Of a stretch of DNA of 64,000 bases, positions 1 through 13,824 are shown piece after piece. Under the pieces are notes generated by a model. The model was given only the letters and a program-made list of their open reading frames with translations, had not been told where the DNA came from and did not search any database. Position numbers and translations under genes: made by a program. The stretch's first letter is position 1. Each line of letters opens with the position of its first letter. The stretch is from Squalus acanthias (Eukaryota), in contig CM059432.1 of the NCBI GenBank assembly GCA_030390025.1, positions 60,266,001 to 60,330,000 on the forward strand, given 5' to 3'.

Positions 1-2397
1 ACACTCACTCCATCACTGTGGCTGAAACACCGCTTGTGTCCCTCCTTGCAGGAAAAGATAGCCCACAATAAGAGGGAGAGAGCAATGACTGGAGGAGGAA
101 CAGCTTCCCTTGCAACATTGACCAGTGCTGAGGAGGCAGCGAACGAGATTGTTGGAGGTGGCGAGGACCTGGAAGTGGGTGATGGAGAGACGGGCACACT
201 AGAGGAAGCTGGTGACATAATAGATTTTCATCCCTCTCAGAAAGCAATGCAATATGATGTTCATAGAAAATCACTTTGTATCATCTGCTCAAAAGGATGT
301 GTCTGCTACATCAATATCAGATGTCTAATTCAAGCCTTTACTCTCCCACCGGATCATCGAGCGCCCCCCTCCCCACGATCCAGGACGAAGACCCGGACAT
401 CTCCTCAGAGGAACCTGAAGACTCTGAGGGACCAGCATCACCAGGACTCAGTGCACCCAGCACCAGCGCAGCAACGCACACCTCGGTGGGGCCCTCGCGA
501 GTTAGTGTAGTGTTGCCACCTGGTCTATCACAGCGCAAAAGTGAGACAGCGACAGCAGTGGAGGGTCCTCATCAGAGGTCGCAGGGCTCTCCTAGCTCTG
601 CTGAGCTGCATGCAGACGCTGTGCCTCTGGGGCCATCCAGAAAAAGAGCGGTTCGTGAAATACAGGAACAAGTGCAGGTGTCTCTGGAAGAGTTTGCCTC
701 CAGGGTTAGTGCGAGTGTGGAGAGAATGGAGGAGTCCATCTCTAACATCAGCACTGCCGTGGTGGTGGCAATGGCGCATGACTGCACCACCATGGATAGG
801 ATGGCAATCTCCGTGGAAAGGATGGCTACCTCAGTGGAAAGGATGGCTATGGCCATGGAGGAAATAAGTCACCAGAGTCAGGAAAACATGGTGACTGTTC
901 AGAATAGACTGACATCTCTGGAGGAGCGATGGGCAGCTATTAAGCAGAGAGACCAGAGCTTCATGGACGTCCTTTTGCGGAGGACTGCCAGTGCAGATAC
1001 GGGTCCTCATGGCCCCCCTGAAGTGCAGCAAGGTGCTCTCCTGCCACTTGCCAGCACTGAGGTGCGGCTGACCCATGAGAAGGATGTTGTTGGCAGGACA
1101 GAAGGAAGTGTGGGTTCCTCTCAAAGCACTCGCATGACAATGCCACTATGGAGCCCTCGGTCAGAGACCCACTTTGCAGAGACAACTGAGATGGCCGTTT
1201 CAGCCCCTGCACAGCCGCAGGAAGAGCAGACTGTTGAAGAGCCCTCCCAGGCTCCCAAACCCAGAGGACGCCCGCCAAAGGCGTCTAAGCAGGCGCAGCA
1301 TCCTAGTCAGCAAGGTGCCTCTACATCTGCTGAAGCCACAGGGGAAGCACCATGTAGAAGCACGCGTAAGAGAAAAAGTAAGCACCTATAGTCACAAGGG
1401 GACTTGGGTGATGTTTCTTTTTTTTCTGACTGTTGTTGGTATATTTTGTCATGTGTTAAAGAGAAATTATGGCAAACAGTTGATTGTGTGGCCTATGTGT
1501 TCTGGGAAGTGGCAAAAGTGCATTGAGGGTTCAGGGCGACTTACATTTGTAATGCTGATGGTAACAGTGATAGGAAATAAGAGACTATAGCAGAGATGAA
1601 GTATGATGTTGGACAAGTGCAATTACAGAGCCATATGGTGGCCACCTATGGTCGAAGAGTAAGCGTATGGTAGTGTGGCATGGCAGTGTGCATACCCTGG
1701 TTGATGGGCAGCAGTGAACTGGAGGGATGCTGCATTGGTCACAACAGGGCATGCAAGGCTCCCCTCGTCCTCGTCCTACTCCTCTTCCCAGGAAGATATG
1801 TGGTGAACCACGTGGCTTCTACTCCCCCGATTATGAGGACCAGGATGAGAGGGCATAAATGTTTCCCATCCCCTTGCTATAGATTTCAATTGAGGTAACA
1901 ATCTTGCAAGCGCACAGTCGAAGTGGCCTGAAATAATTCCATTCATGACACACTGCAGATGGGTGTCAGCTTGAACAGTCAGAAGATCAGTAGATGTGCA
2001 AAATGTTATCCCATATCTACAACAGCAAAGTTGTTGCATTTGAATGTCAGCCTTGTTTCAGGGGCGCTTTTAAAGCGCTCCACCAATGCATACAAATCAT
2101 GTCCTCCAGCAACTCGTCTCCTTGAACCTGGCCTGTTTCTGACTAGTTGGGAAACAGGAGCCAGTAGCAGGAAAATGGGAAACCACTATGAAAATAGGAT
2201 TAGCAAGGCAGTTAACAGGCAGTTAACTGCCTTAACTACCTGTCCCAGCGGTTGGAGGTGGGTCAGTTTGGGAGCGGCTGCACAGACACTCACGAAAATT
2301 GCATGGGGGCGGGTTGGCAGTCTGAAGCCATTTTTCCCGATTTTCCCAACAGACCCGCCTCCGAACCTGCCTCCTCAGGGCTATTAAAATCGAGCCC
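1..2397. mobile_element. PIF/Harbinger element with internally deleted transposase (runs off the window start)
   Basis: Ends in TIR ...TTAAAATCGAGCCC at 2397, like the end at 27096. Myb-like gene on +, short transposase N/C-terminal remnant on - (about 1700-1880). Abuts a CR1 at 2398. Confidence 0.8.
52..1391 (+). CDS. Harbinger Myb/SANT-like accessory protein, exons 2 (52-211) and 3 (352-1391)
   Basis: Exon 2 (cag|EKIAHNKRERAMTGGG...|gtgaca) is typical of Harbinger Myb/SANT proteins. Exon 3 is open, with heptad repeats, PRGRP and RKRK. Its acceptor reads CG rather than the AG seen in the homolog near 33232. Confidence 0.7.
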
Positions 2398-4270
2398 AGG
2401 GTCTCCCTTATGGTTATTAGATCAAACCTGTTCATTTCTATCTGCGCTATTAATTCATCTATTTTGTTGCGAATGCTTCGTGCATTCAGAAATAGTGCCT
2501 TTAGCTTTGACTTATTTCTATTTTTCCCTGATGTCACCTTAGTCACTGATGACTTATTACCTTTGTTACTCTCTCTGTCCCTTCCTGACCCACTCTGCTT
2601 ATTTTTACCCAAAACTCTACTCTGCTCTAGAGCCTTGACATTTCTCTCGCTGCTTTTGAATTTACTCTTTCCTGAATCCTCCCACCACCCCTTTCATTAG
2701 TTTAAAGTCCTGTCTACTGCCCTAGTTATTCGGTTCGCCAGGACACTGGTCCCAGCCCAGTTTAAGTGGAGCCCGTCCCAATGGAACAGCTCCCTCTTTC
2801 CCCAGTACTGGTGTCAGTGCCCCATGAACTGAAACCCATTCCTCCCACACCACTCTTTGAGCTACACATTTAAACCTCTAATCTGTTTGTCCCTATGCCA
2901 ATTTGCGCGTGGCTCAGGGATCAATCCAGAGATTATTACCGTTGCGGTTCTGCTTTTTGATTTGGATCCTAGCTCCTCAAACTCCCTCAGAAGAACCTCA
3001 TTCCTAGTTCTACCTACGTTGTTGGTTCCTACGTGGACCATGACTACCGGATCCTCCCCCTCCCACTCCCACTCCCACTCCAACTCCAAATTCTTCTCCA
3101 GCCGCGAGGAGATGTCTTTAACCCTGGCACCGGGCAGGCAACACAACCTTCGGAACTCTTGGTCGCGGCTGCAGAGAACAGTATCTAGCCCCCTGACTAT
3201 GCAGTCCCCTATCACAACTACATTCCCTTTCACTCCCCCCACTTGAATGGCCTCCTGCACCATGGTGCCATGGTCGATTGCTCATCCATCCTGCAGGCGT
3301 TTCCCTCATCCAGACAGGCAGCAACAACCTCATGCCTGTTGGACAAGGGCAAAGGCTAAGGCTCCTCCAGCACTACACCTGGGGTCCCCTTAGCTGCCTG
3401 AGTTGCAGTCACACCCTCCTGTCCCTGACCACTAACCAGACCTGTACCACCAACTAACCTAAGGGCTGTGACTGCCTCTGGGATCAAAGTGTCCAGGTAA
3501 CTCGCCCCATCCCTGATGCCCCGTAATGTCTGCACCTCAGACTCCAGCTCAAAAACTCTGAGCTGAAGTTCCTCAAGATGCAGGCACTTACTGCAAACGT
3601 GGCTGTCCGGGATCACAATGCCCTCCACAAACTCCCATATGCTGCAGTTGTGGTACACCACCTGCACTGCCATCCCTATATGACCTTGTTTTATTTAATT
3701 AAATTTGTATTTAGGTAACTTAGTTTACAGTGTAGTTTCTTGACTACTTACTTGATCTAGATTAAGTTAAGGGTACTGAAATTAAATATCTACCTGTAAC
3801 ACAAAGCACTACAAGTAGTGTAGGCAAAAAGCAACAACTCCTTTCCCCTCTTCTCCAAATCCCCACTCTTTCCAAATTCCCAAATAAAACACTCTCTTCA
3901 AGTCCACTCCGTTTAATCCCGCTTTGTGCAGACCACTCTGTGCTCTGCAGAAATGTTTACTCTTATACACTAGGAGCCTCACCCAACTTACAAGTGTTGA
4001 CTCAGCTCCCCTGCTCCTGGTGATTAGCGCCTATTCAAGACAAACACTTACAGCTGACTGACAGTTAACGGCCACTGGCAGGCAGCTTCTGTTAACTAAA
4101 GTTTTTAAAGTTCTAAGTTAAAATCTAAATCTTAAACTAAATTTCACTTTTTATAGCTTCTACTTACCCAATACTTACTTGAAATTCCCACTCTTTCCAC
4201 ATTCCCAAATAAAATACTGTTCAAGTCCACTCCGTTTAATCCCGCTCTGTGCTCTGCAGAAATGTTTAAT
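2398..4270 (-). mobile_element. CR1 LINE, 5' part (5'UTR, ORF1 zinc finger/SGNH esterase, start of ORF2)
   Basis: ORFs 3356-3673 and 2862-3263 (VIGDCIVRG, CLPGA, VHVGTNN); ORF2 start LNARSIRNK. Nearly identical to 28980-29432. Confidence 0.9.
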
Positions 4271-5962
4271 GGAGATACAGAGCAGGAGGGATGGTCTTTT
4301 TGTGACTGAGGGCCAGAGACCAGCCAGAAATGTGGGAAACGCATTGCAGAGACAGGTAGTTGTGTCAATGATTCAATTACGTCATAAGATCAGCCAAAGT
4401 AAGTTACCTGCTCCCCCTGACCCTTACCTTCACAGTGCCAGAGCAGTTAGAAGTGAAAGTGGAATCTGATAATGGGGAGTGGAGGCTCTGTAGAAGTCAG
4501 CCCCTGGTTCCCAAGCATACGGCCTGAGATCTCTGGTGTCCCGCTCTAAAAAAGAAAGCTGAGTGGGAAGAACAGAGAGAGGGTAGGATGGGGCAGCTGG
4601 GGTTGCTGCTCATGAGGAAGGAGCAATGGGTGCTTTGATGTGTCTTCCGAGAATGCCGAGGGGTATAGAGGGTAGCCATGGGCTTATTCGAGGGAGGGGG
4701 GGGTTTCAAGTCTGAGATGGGGGCAGGAGAGTCGGAAAGCAGAGTAGTGATGGGATGGAATAGGGATGGGGAGGGGGGACAAAGTACCCGAGGCGAGAAG
4801 TGAAAGGTGGCTTAGCCAGGTGGCAGGAAGAGGAGGAGAGAGGAAACATGAAAAAAGGGCCCAAGAGAAAAAAGTGAGAAATTGAAATAAAGAGTGTGGG
4901 TCTGGGGTGGCAACCAAACTCTGCTTATGAATGATCATAAAGGGAATTTGAGTTACATAAGCACGATAGCAATTTAGGCGAGACATGTTGCAATCTTAAA
5001 TAGAGGGCAGTGAGGCGATGATATGAAAGATTCCAATGTCAGAAGCCCTGTGGTGGGATGAAGTTGACTATTCTTCACAACTGTATAATTTTTTACATGT
5101 TTACTAAATTATAAATTACAAATATTATTTCTAGCAGTATACACTCACCTCAGTGAAGAAGAAAAATGGCAGACAAAAGTCTATGAGAAATTATTTGAGC
5201 AGTTTGATTGGTCAGAAATGCAGTACTTGCTAGTTAGTGAAAAGTAGCTTGAAAGATATTCAAGGGTTTGATTGCTTGGTTTTCTGTTGGGACTCATTCC
5301 TCACTGGTACTTTCTACTAATTTTTGATTTGTTCACATTTAGTCAATCAGATATTTGACTGGTAACTTAACAAATAAGTAATTATTTGAGCCAAGCACAA
5401 TTTTTTTAGCCCTATGGATATGTAAATTTTTGGAGGTGTGGCTCCCTGGTGTGGCACTTTTGAGGTATGATGTCTTTGAAAGATGTGGCATGGCAGATAT
5501 GTGCTGGAGACAATATTTTAATTATATAAAAAGTTGGAATGCCACTTGCCATTGATATTGTTTATTTATTTTGATGCAATTAATAAATATATGCTCATTC
5601 TTATAATTTGTTACACTGACTAAAATATTGCCAAGCTAGCTAGGCACAAATTTAAATTTGGTTGGTTCACACTAGGTAGAGACTGTAGTATTTTTTCAGT
5701 TACAATGACAGCAACAATCTTTCAATCTGGTGAATGAATATATGGGATAAAATGAGTTACAACATAACAATGCAACCCTCAAATTCATACTAACTGGATT
5801 TAACACACTTTTGAAATCAAAATTGTGTCAGGAATTTGGTGTTCAATATTTAAAAATTTAACCCAACATTATAAGGTAACAGTGTTGAATGAAAACAATT
5901 TGTAACAATAATTGTTAATAAGGAAAATGCAAAAAGCACCATAGCTGATAATTTTTCCCTTA

Positions 5963-6390
5963 TCACACCTGAAGTGGGAGAGTTTTGAGTGGAGTTCCCA
6001 TTTCCATGTCCCCTTTCGTAATCATCATTATCCAGCGCCACATTACTCCTACCACTCTGCTGCAGACCAGATTGCTGGAGATCAGTGACATGTGTAAGGC
6101 CACGGATAAGGTATCTGTCATCCTGTTTAAGGCAGTAGACAAGTTGGCATCCAGAGTCTGCACGGTCGTAGTCATGGCCTGCATGGACTCATTTGAGAGC
6201 CTTGCTTGAAGCTCTATGGAGGTGCACTCTCCCTCCATGGCAGACATTCTCACAATTCCCTGTGCCACCAGTCCACTAGTGATCGATTTGGACTCTTTCA
6301 TCCTCTCCGCTAAGTGTGTGTGGCACGTCCATTAGCACCTGGCTAAGTTGCTGATGTACCTCTAGCATTCTCCTTCTCAATGATAGCCAG
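5963..6390 (-). pseudogene. Old Harbinger Myb-like gene remnant
   Basis: Translation (MEGECTSIELQARLSNESMQAMT...) resembles the coiled-coil exon 3 of the other Harbinger accessory genes in this window. Confidence 0.4.
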
Positions 6391-6399
6391 ACCCAGTAA

Positions 6400-6625
6400 G
6401 AACAGCAGATTTCCTTCCCTAAAAGGACAATAGTGAACCAGATGGGCTGTTACGACAATCCGGTAGTTACCATTAATGGTCACCATTACTGATGATTGTT
6501 TTTTATTCCAAATTTATTTACTGAATTTAAATTCCCCAGCTGCCGTGGTGGGATTTGAACTCATGTCGCCAAATTATTAGCCCAGGCCTCTGAATTACTA
6601 GTCCAGTAACATAACCACTATGCTT
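6400..6625 (-). mobile_element. tRNA-derived SINE fragment
   Basis: Reverse complement has a tRNA-like head with A box (AGTGGTTA) and B box (GAGTTCAAATCC). Confidence 0.6.
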
Positions 6626-7519
6626 CCGTTCCCAGGTACAGAAAACAAAATAAAGAGGGAAAGAAAGATGGGATTAAGAGAGAAAGAGATAAAAGAGACA
6701 GAAAAAAAAGTTTTAAAAAGCGCAGCTTCTGGAGGAACAGGGCAACTCAGACAGCAACTTCCTCATTTCCACATTTAACTGCCCACGTGCGGTCGCCGGA
6801 AGTTGCTGTCCGATTTACTCTTTAATAACGGTGACCGCAAAATCCAGGTCATTAAAACCAACCCTAAAGGCCAAGATTTCCACCTGCTCCTCCAATTCTG
6901 CCCTGACCTATCTTCATGGGTCAGGATTCATTTACCATGCATAGCAAGCTCCCAGGCAAAAGTCCCGCCCTCAAGAGGGAGCCAGCAGTGCAAGAGAGAA
7001 ATCCAATAATGTTGTAGCTGGAACACTACTGCAGTACCTGAAGAAGCAGCAAGGGACATTACAGGGGCAGAAGAGCCCCGAAGAAGGAAGGAACTGCAGC
7101 ACTGTCCTGTAGCGAGTGGTAAATAGAGATTGGGCAAGGAGGTGGTGATTGGCCTCACCGCTCTATTTTCCCACTATTTCTGTCACAATCTCACCCAATT
7201 TTGGGGGGATTGTGGAGAAATAAGTTACTGTGATGAGTTGAATGATCTATTCCGAGCCGGTAACAATGGCCTTATTTCCAGGCTGAAGCCTTTAATTTTA
7301 TGTTCAGCTGCCCTCGGCAGCAGACATTAAGATAGGACTGGGATGCCTGAGTACAGATTAGGGCTGTTGCTTGGCTTTGCTATGTATGCTGCAGTCAGCA
7401 TTTTGAAGCACTGAACCAAAATACTCAAAGCAAAACTAAGCAATTGTAAGAGTATGTTAATACTACCTGTGGACATGGAAGGAAAGGATGAATGGTTAGC
7501 TAAAACAAAGATCCCAATG

Positions 7520-8191
7520 TTTACTCAGGGCTGTAAAGAGAGCAAGGGGTAGGATTTCCACTCGAGAAACCCGGAAGTACGGGTTTCCCGGACGTCCTGC
7601 TGAATTTAACAGTAGGACATCTTTTAAATTTTTTCAACAGATTTCCTGCCCGACAACCAGCCTGATTGATAGGGTAACTGTTTGTCAGATGGGAAAGCCT
7701 GCGACACAACGCCGCAGCCGGGGAGCAGAGAGAAGGTAGAGATCGCTAGGGTGGGGGGTAGGGGAAGGAGATCGTGGTGGGGGTGGAGGGAGTCGGAGAT
7801 CGCTGGGGGAGTTGGAGATCACAGGGGGATTGGCCTATCGTGGGGTCTGTAAAAAGGTAAGCTTGTTGGGCCTGGAGGAAATACTTCTGCTCCTCCTGGC
7901 CCACAAGCAGTGCTGCAAATGTACTTACCTCATGGATCCGGCCCTTCTTGCCTCCTTTTGCCTGCCGCGTTTCCCGAGCCCCAGGAAACCCAACTTCCAT
8001 GGGTTAAAAATAAAAATCTTGTTAAAATGGAGGCGCGCATTTTAAAGCTTTTACTGATCGATCCACCTGTTGAGAGTAGATTGGTGGAGGCCCGACCAGC
8101 CTCCATTAAAACTGGAAGTGTTTGAGATTTTACAAATTTTTACTTCCCACCCGCCCCCAACCCATGCATCCTTGGTGGTTAAAATTCCCCC
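7520..8191. mobile_element. Non-autonomous element, same family as 39394-40285 in opposite orientation
   Basis: Extended reverse-complement similarity to 39394-40285; ends AAAATTCCCCC. Confidence 0.6.
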
Positions 8192-11104
8192 AAAATAGTT
8201 AAAAATAATATTTAACTGCTTATATTCTGGATGGCCAGAGGCAGAGTGGGAGCTGGGTGGTTGATGTAATATTGGACCAGAATGCCTAGAAGAGCGAAAA
8301 TATTAAAAGGATTTAAAAATCATGTTTAGGAAGTTACTAAGAATTTTTTTTACCATTTACATGTGTAACACATGGCTGGATGAGGCTGTGACAAGCACAG
8401 TTTGACACCCTTAACATTGTAAACTCCTTATACAGCATCACATACAGGTGTAACTTGAACTACAGACAGTATTACGGGTGTACCCATCGGAGCAAGATTT
8501 CCATTACATTTTTCAATGAAATGTGTGCCCCCACATACTGAATGTAATATATAAATAATATTTTGCCACAATTATTTGGGCTGCATTTCATTAGTCATGA
8601 ATGTAACAATTAATTTAATTTAATGGTAGAAAATTCTTTGTTGTGAACATTAACCAGTAAATGTAATTAAAATCAAAATCTATATGACAAGTATTTGCAT
8701 CTTCAGTTTCTTAAATAATCTGATTAATGTCAACTGGTTACAAATAAATTAGGTTAGATTTGTCTAAAGTGAACATCTGACAGTGTGGCAATGGTAATCT
8801 CAATTTAATTTTAGTTTTTTAGTTTCACAAGCGGTTGAAGGTAAAATCATAACATACCCTTTTCACTGAACACTAACACTGAACACTAGCATAGTTATTG
8901 CTATCTTAAAAATCCTTTCTGTATTTAGCAGATTTCTTCTGTTACCCGTTATGTAACTGCGTCCATATTATGCAGTGCCAGGATTCCTGCAGTACTATAA
9001 TCTGTTATATATCCATTTACATAAAAAGTGAGTAACATTCTTTGTAAGTACAGGATTCTGGTGTTAGTATCCTCTAACTATAGAATTGTTCACTCTCGAA
9101 TCGTTTGCACTTCAATAACCCATTTAAAGTTGTTGCACAGAGATATCTGGTGGATTGAGCTTCACTGCCTCTTCATCTTTTGAACTAATGTATTCTTGAT
9201 CACCGTTTAATGAAACTATATACCACATGGAGTTTCCACATTAGATAAGCAATGTGAGTCTCTCATCAAGCAAGTAGCTGTGGCTGTTAGTAATCTTTCA
9301 GATTCAGAGTTTGAGACTAGCAGGCTTCCTGATTTAAATAAACCCTTTTTAACTATAAAAAATTGACATGACATGATTGCTAAAAAAAAAACATTTTAAA
9401 TTTTTATGTTGCTAAGTATTCTAGTTGCTGTGAAAAAGCGAAACATGCATCGAAAATATAAAACATTAACTGGTCACTGAGGGGATCCAATTTACAGCCT
9501 GTGGAGACAACTCACATGGCTCACTGACACTGGCATTATCAGGTTTGTGGAGGGCACTCACCACAGCTAAATGCCATAAGGCAACAGAGATTTTCTACTG
9601 ATGCAAATAAAGATATTTATTCCTCAACCACAGTTTAATCTACAGTCAGACCTGTTTACTGCTTATTTGTATCTACGGACACAGTCTATGCCCAGAAACA
9701 GAACAACACTTCTTCCTTTACTAAAGAATGTCATTATTAACCCTCTAAAGGCTAAAACACCATTGTGCCTGCACAGAAATGTAGAAAACTATCACAGTTT
9801 TGTTTATTCAGAAAATGTTGTGAAATTAGTCCTATTTTATGAATCACTTCAATTCCACCACTCTATAAAAGGTAACTTGATTGCTATTACATTAGAATGT
9901 TGAATTTGACTGGGAGTCTCAAGTCTCAGCAGTGATTGAAAGTCACACTCCAGCTTTCCTTAAGTAGTGCGCTTCACTAGTTTAGTCGGGTTCTTTGGAG
10001 GAGGTAGGGAAAAAGACTGTCATGCACTTCATGCACCGTTCAAGCATGTCTCCTTATGAATCAATCATGACTCATCCATGTATATGTGATATGGGCTCAA
10101 CCATCTGCTTTCCCTAGCAAAAGTAATGGTGGGGGGGGGGGGGGAAATGAGTAAGAAATTACAGATATAAAATATAAACAAATAGCTAAATATTTTCACA
10201 ATGGCCTCTAAATTCTTCCCAAAATACTGACTGAATTTCAGCATCAGGTGGGAAACTTCTTTCCCGCCATTCTAGTGGAGATTGGGCTGTAAATCTCACA
10301 GCTGCACTCAAGAACAACTCAGGTTAGTGGCTGAACTTCCACACATGAAGTTGTAGGGATAACACCTCAATCTGGGATTCCCAGGGAGTGCAGCTTGGGA
10401 AATCACAGTCACAATTTCCCGAGATCAACTCCTTGTGAATGTCATTTCTAGCTGAGAGTGCTAGATCATAGAATCACTCCATATATATCAACTGCAACAC
10501 TTGTGTGTAATTAGCACAGGAGATAGTGCAGACATATTGCTGTGTTTTTCACTACCTAGAAACAATACTGAAACTATAAATGGGTCATTCTATTCTATTC
10601 AATCCATAAAGTTCATTTCTGTGACTAGTCATTATTGTGTGACAACTGTACTTTTCAACAGAAGCAAAATATCAAAATTGCTGATGGTGAACAATGATTC
10701 AGTAGGTAAATCCATCATCCCTTGCAACACGGAGTTACACAGGCCAGAGAAGTCCAAGTTCAATCCCTAGCCTGTGTGTAAACTGATTCAGCTGGGGCAG
10801 CAGAAGGGGCACTACCACTGTCCTTAGTGTCGCTGAGTTAGGGAAGAGAAAAATAAGCCAGGGTTTCTGCTCCTGATCACTGCCCTGTGATCTATAGTGA
10901 AAAATACTTGTAAGCAATACTAGCTCAACCATGATGCTAAATGAATAGCCTCCCCATAGTCACTGTCTTATCTCATACACAAGAATGATCTCTTTGGTGG
11001 GTATTGGGGATGCTGCTGGTATAGTTAATGCCTTCAGGAGAGCAGCAGAGCAGAAAATGGAAGAAAAAAATCTGCTGCTTATAAATATCATTTGCAAGAA
11101 TAGA

Positions 11105-11423
11105 GGGGGCTAAATTCGGTTGATTTGCTAACGCCTCAGCGAAACTTGCTTGCCGGCACTCCCGATCCCTGGTGGCCTAGCTGGGCGCCGGAATGTGCTG
11201 CGCCAGGCCCCTCTCCTTTAATAAGGGGAGGAAGGCCTGCAGTACCGTGGCACATAGCGCCGCGATATTGGCTCGCAGCGCCCCAAGAGGGACGTGGGGC
11301 GCTTCCAGTAGCGCCCCTCCTCCCTCTCGGGGCGCTACCTGGGAAAATCGGCCGTGGGGGCGCTAACTTTTTCAGGGCCCAAAGGGGGCGCTACCCAATT
11401 TTTACCCCAGAGAAATTGCCTCC
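11105..11423. mobile_element. Harbinger-type MITE (GGGGG-terminal family)
   Basis: Starts GGGGGCTAAATTCGG and is rich in the GCGCT/AGCGC motifs of 28129-28934 and 44705-48808. Confidence 0.55.
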
Positions 11424-11496
11424 AAAAATTTAACTTTCCTTCTACTTTAATACTAAATTAATATTATAGGGAAAAGTGACCTGGAGTCTTGCAGTT

Positions 11497-11612
11497 ATAG
11501 AATTGCATAGAATTTACAGCACAGAAACAAATCATTCAGCCCAACTGGTGTATGCCAGTGTTCATGCTCCACTCAAGCTTCCGCCCACCCTACTTCATCT
11601 AACCCTATCAGC
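11497..11612 (-). mobile_element. 5'-truncated CR1 3' tail
   Basis: Diverged reverse complement of the CR1 3' end at about 21215-21335. Confidence 0.7.
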
Positions 11613-13824
11613 CGATTGTTACTATATTGCAACATCGTTTGTTTTTGATCGTAAGTATTAGCATTTTTGCAAACTGGTAAAAACATTCAGCACTCAGAGA
11701 AATAAAGTACTATTCTATTTTAGTTGGAGTTGTCACTATGCAAAAATCTCATCACTGCAATGAGGTTTTCTTGTTGTAAACTATGCAAAGCTGATAGACG
11801 GTAACATGGGTTTCTAAGAAGAAACCAGTTACATTCTGTCTCACTTCTGGGGACCTGTGCTGAAGTTTCTTATTTTATCACTTTCAGTTTTGGGAATAAA
11901 AAACAAATATAGGCTTTAGTTTATATCTACAAATCATTACAAGCAAATCATGCTAGCTCACCTATGCACAGAGAACTAATATTCACCTTTAAGGATAGAA
12001 CTTGTGTTCCCATGATGGCTCAGCGACATCTTCCAGTGAGGCATACAGACCAGGAACGTCCCAAGAGTGTGCAGAGTTACCTGATCTCAGCTAAGTGAAG
12101 GTCTCGGCAAAACAATTGGTTTGGATTAGGGTGTGAGAATGCAATTGTGTGGACTTTGATTGTGGAAAGAATTGAGCTCAGCTGTGATGTTCTCCCTTGG
12201 TTCAAATAACTGCTGAGGCTCTTGGTTAATACTCATGCATGAATAATTACTTAGATAAGGGTATTGGAGAATGAATGGCACCCATGGAACATATTGTATC
12301 CATCAAGGAGTCAGTATGTTCCAGCAAGGGGAGAAGGGCGAGAAAACTGATAACAAAGAAATGGAACTTTGTACAACTCACATCAAAGCAATTTCGTAGG
12401 CACAGTAATGAAGACGAAAGGACAAATTATCATCAATATCCAGAAACCTGCTCCAAAAATTTGGAATACAAGTGCAATGCTTACATAGATAAGAGCAAAG
12501 AGAAACGCAAATAATCTTTGAATTTTTACATTTTATGGAAGTGTAGCAAAGTGGTCCACGAATAAACTAAGCATGCTTTAGGCCAGCGGTTCCCAACCTT
12601 TTCCTTTATGCGGACCACTACATCGTCATCAAAAGCTTTTGCGGACCACAACGTAAGCAAGCCGTTTAAAACATTTTGTGAATAATATCACAACTTACCT
12701 CTGGCACTATTATTACCCTTCTCTTCACTTGCCATGTTAAATGTGAAGTTGTTCTTCGCCATTCTGTTGCAATTTTTACACTCTTGTCTTGCCTTCTGGT
12801 TTTGAAGCCGCCTGAAGTCTGTGCCATTTACAGTCATGGCCTTAAATCCCTTTTTCTCTTCTGGATGAATTGTTTGTTAGTTCCTTTGAACCAGGCTGGA
12901 CTGTAATGATGCTCAGTACCTTTGCTTTGCATGGGTACACGTTGATCCATTGCATTCAGAATCACCTCCTTGAAGGAACTCCATAGAATAACTACAGCAA
13001 CAACCTCCACATCTAGTTTAAACACTCCCCACAATCTATCTGTCCTGCCGGCCAACACCTCAAACCGTTTTGTTTCGGTGGAACCCATCAGGTCTCTATA
13101 AGCTCCCTCTATTCCGAAAGCTGTAGCACTCTTTCATGAAACGAACCCCTGTTTCACTACAGCAAAGGTTGAGCGACGCTTGGACTGTCTAATTCCCCTC
13201 TGTCTCTCTTGACTAACACATGACACGGGTAGTATTTCAGAAAGTGCTACAATTGATACAGTGCTTGGGACTCCAGTACAATCCTGGAGGGGTGTGTAAA
13301 ACATGTTTTGAAATTAACTGGAGAGAAATGTGAGGTGACAGGTCTCGAGGGGCAGACTGAGGAGAGGGTCTGTACATTGAATGGGGACATGTCAAAAAGA
13401 GCAAGATGAGTTAGGGATTCAGAAACACAAACCTCTCCGAAGGGTTACTTCCTCCCCGCCTGTTCCGAATTTTTGCCAGACACTTTTCAGATTTAACATG
13501 GATGGAGTGGGGGAGGTGGGGGGGCGGGGGGGTGTTTGTGTCGTCACAGGCAAAGCTCTGCCCGAACCAAACTCCCACAGTCACAGGATTAGAATGGCGG
13601 AGGCCGGCAGATTCCCCTTCAATGTTGGTGCAATCATTCTTTTCACAATTAAGTGCTCTTTTTCTGTTACTTTCGATTTACATACTCGGTTTTTATCGAA
13701 CAGTGATTATTTTATATCGGAATCATGTTTAACGGATGTGGTGTGTTCATTATCTGTACAATAACTCAGTGACCCAGTGTGAGAAGTAAAACACAAACCG
13801 CCCAGCGTAGGGCTCGAACAATCC

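Noticed and set aside
3060..3085. (CCCACT)n expansion encoding EWEWEW in CR1 ORF1
   Set aside because: Simple slippage in a dead copy; absent from the 53570 copy.
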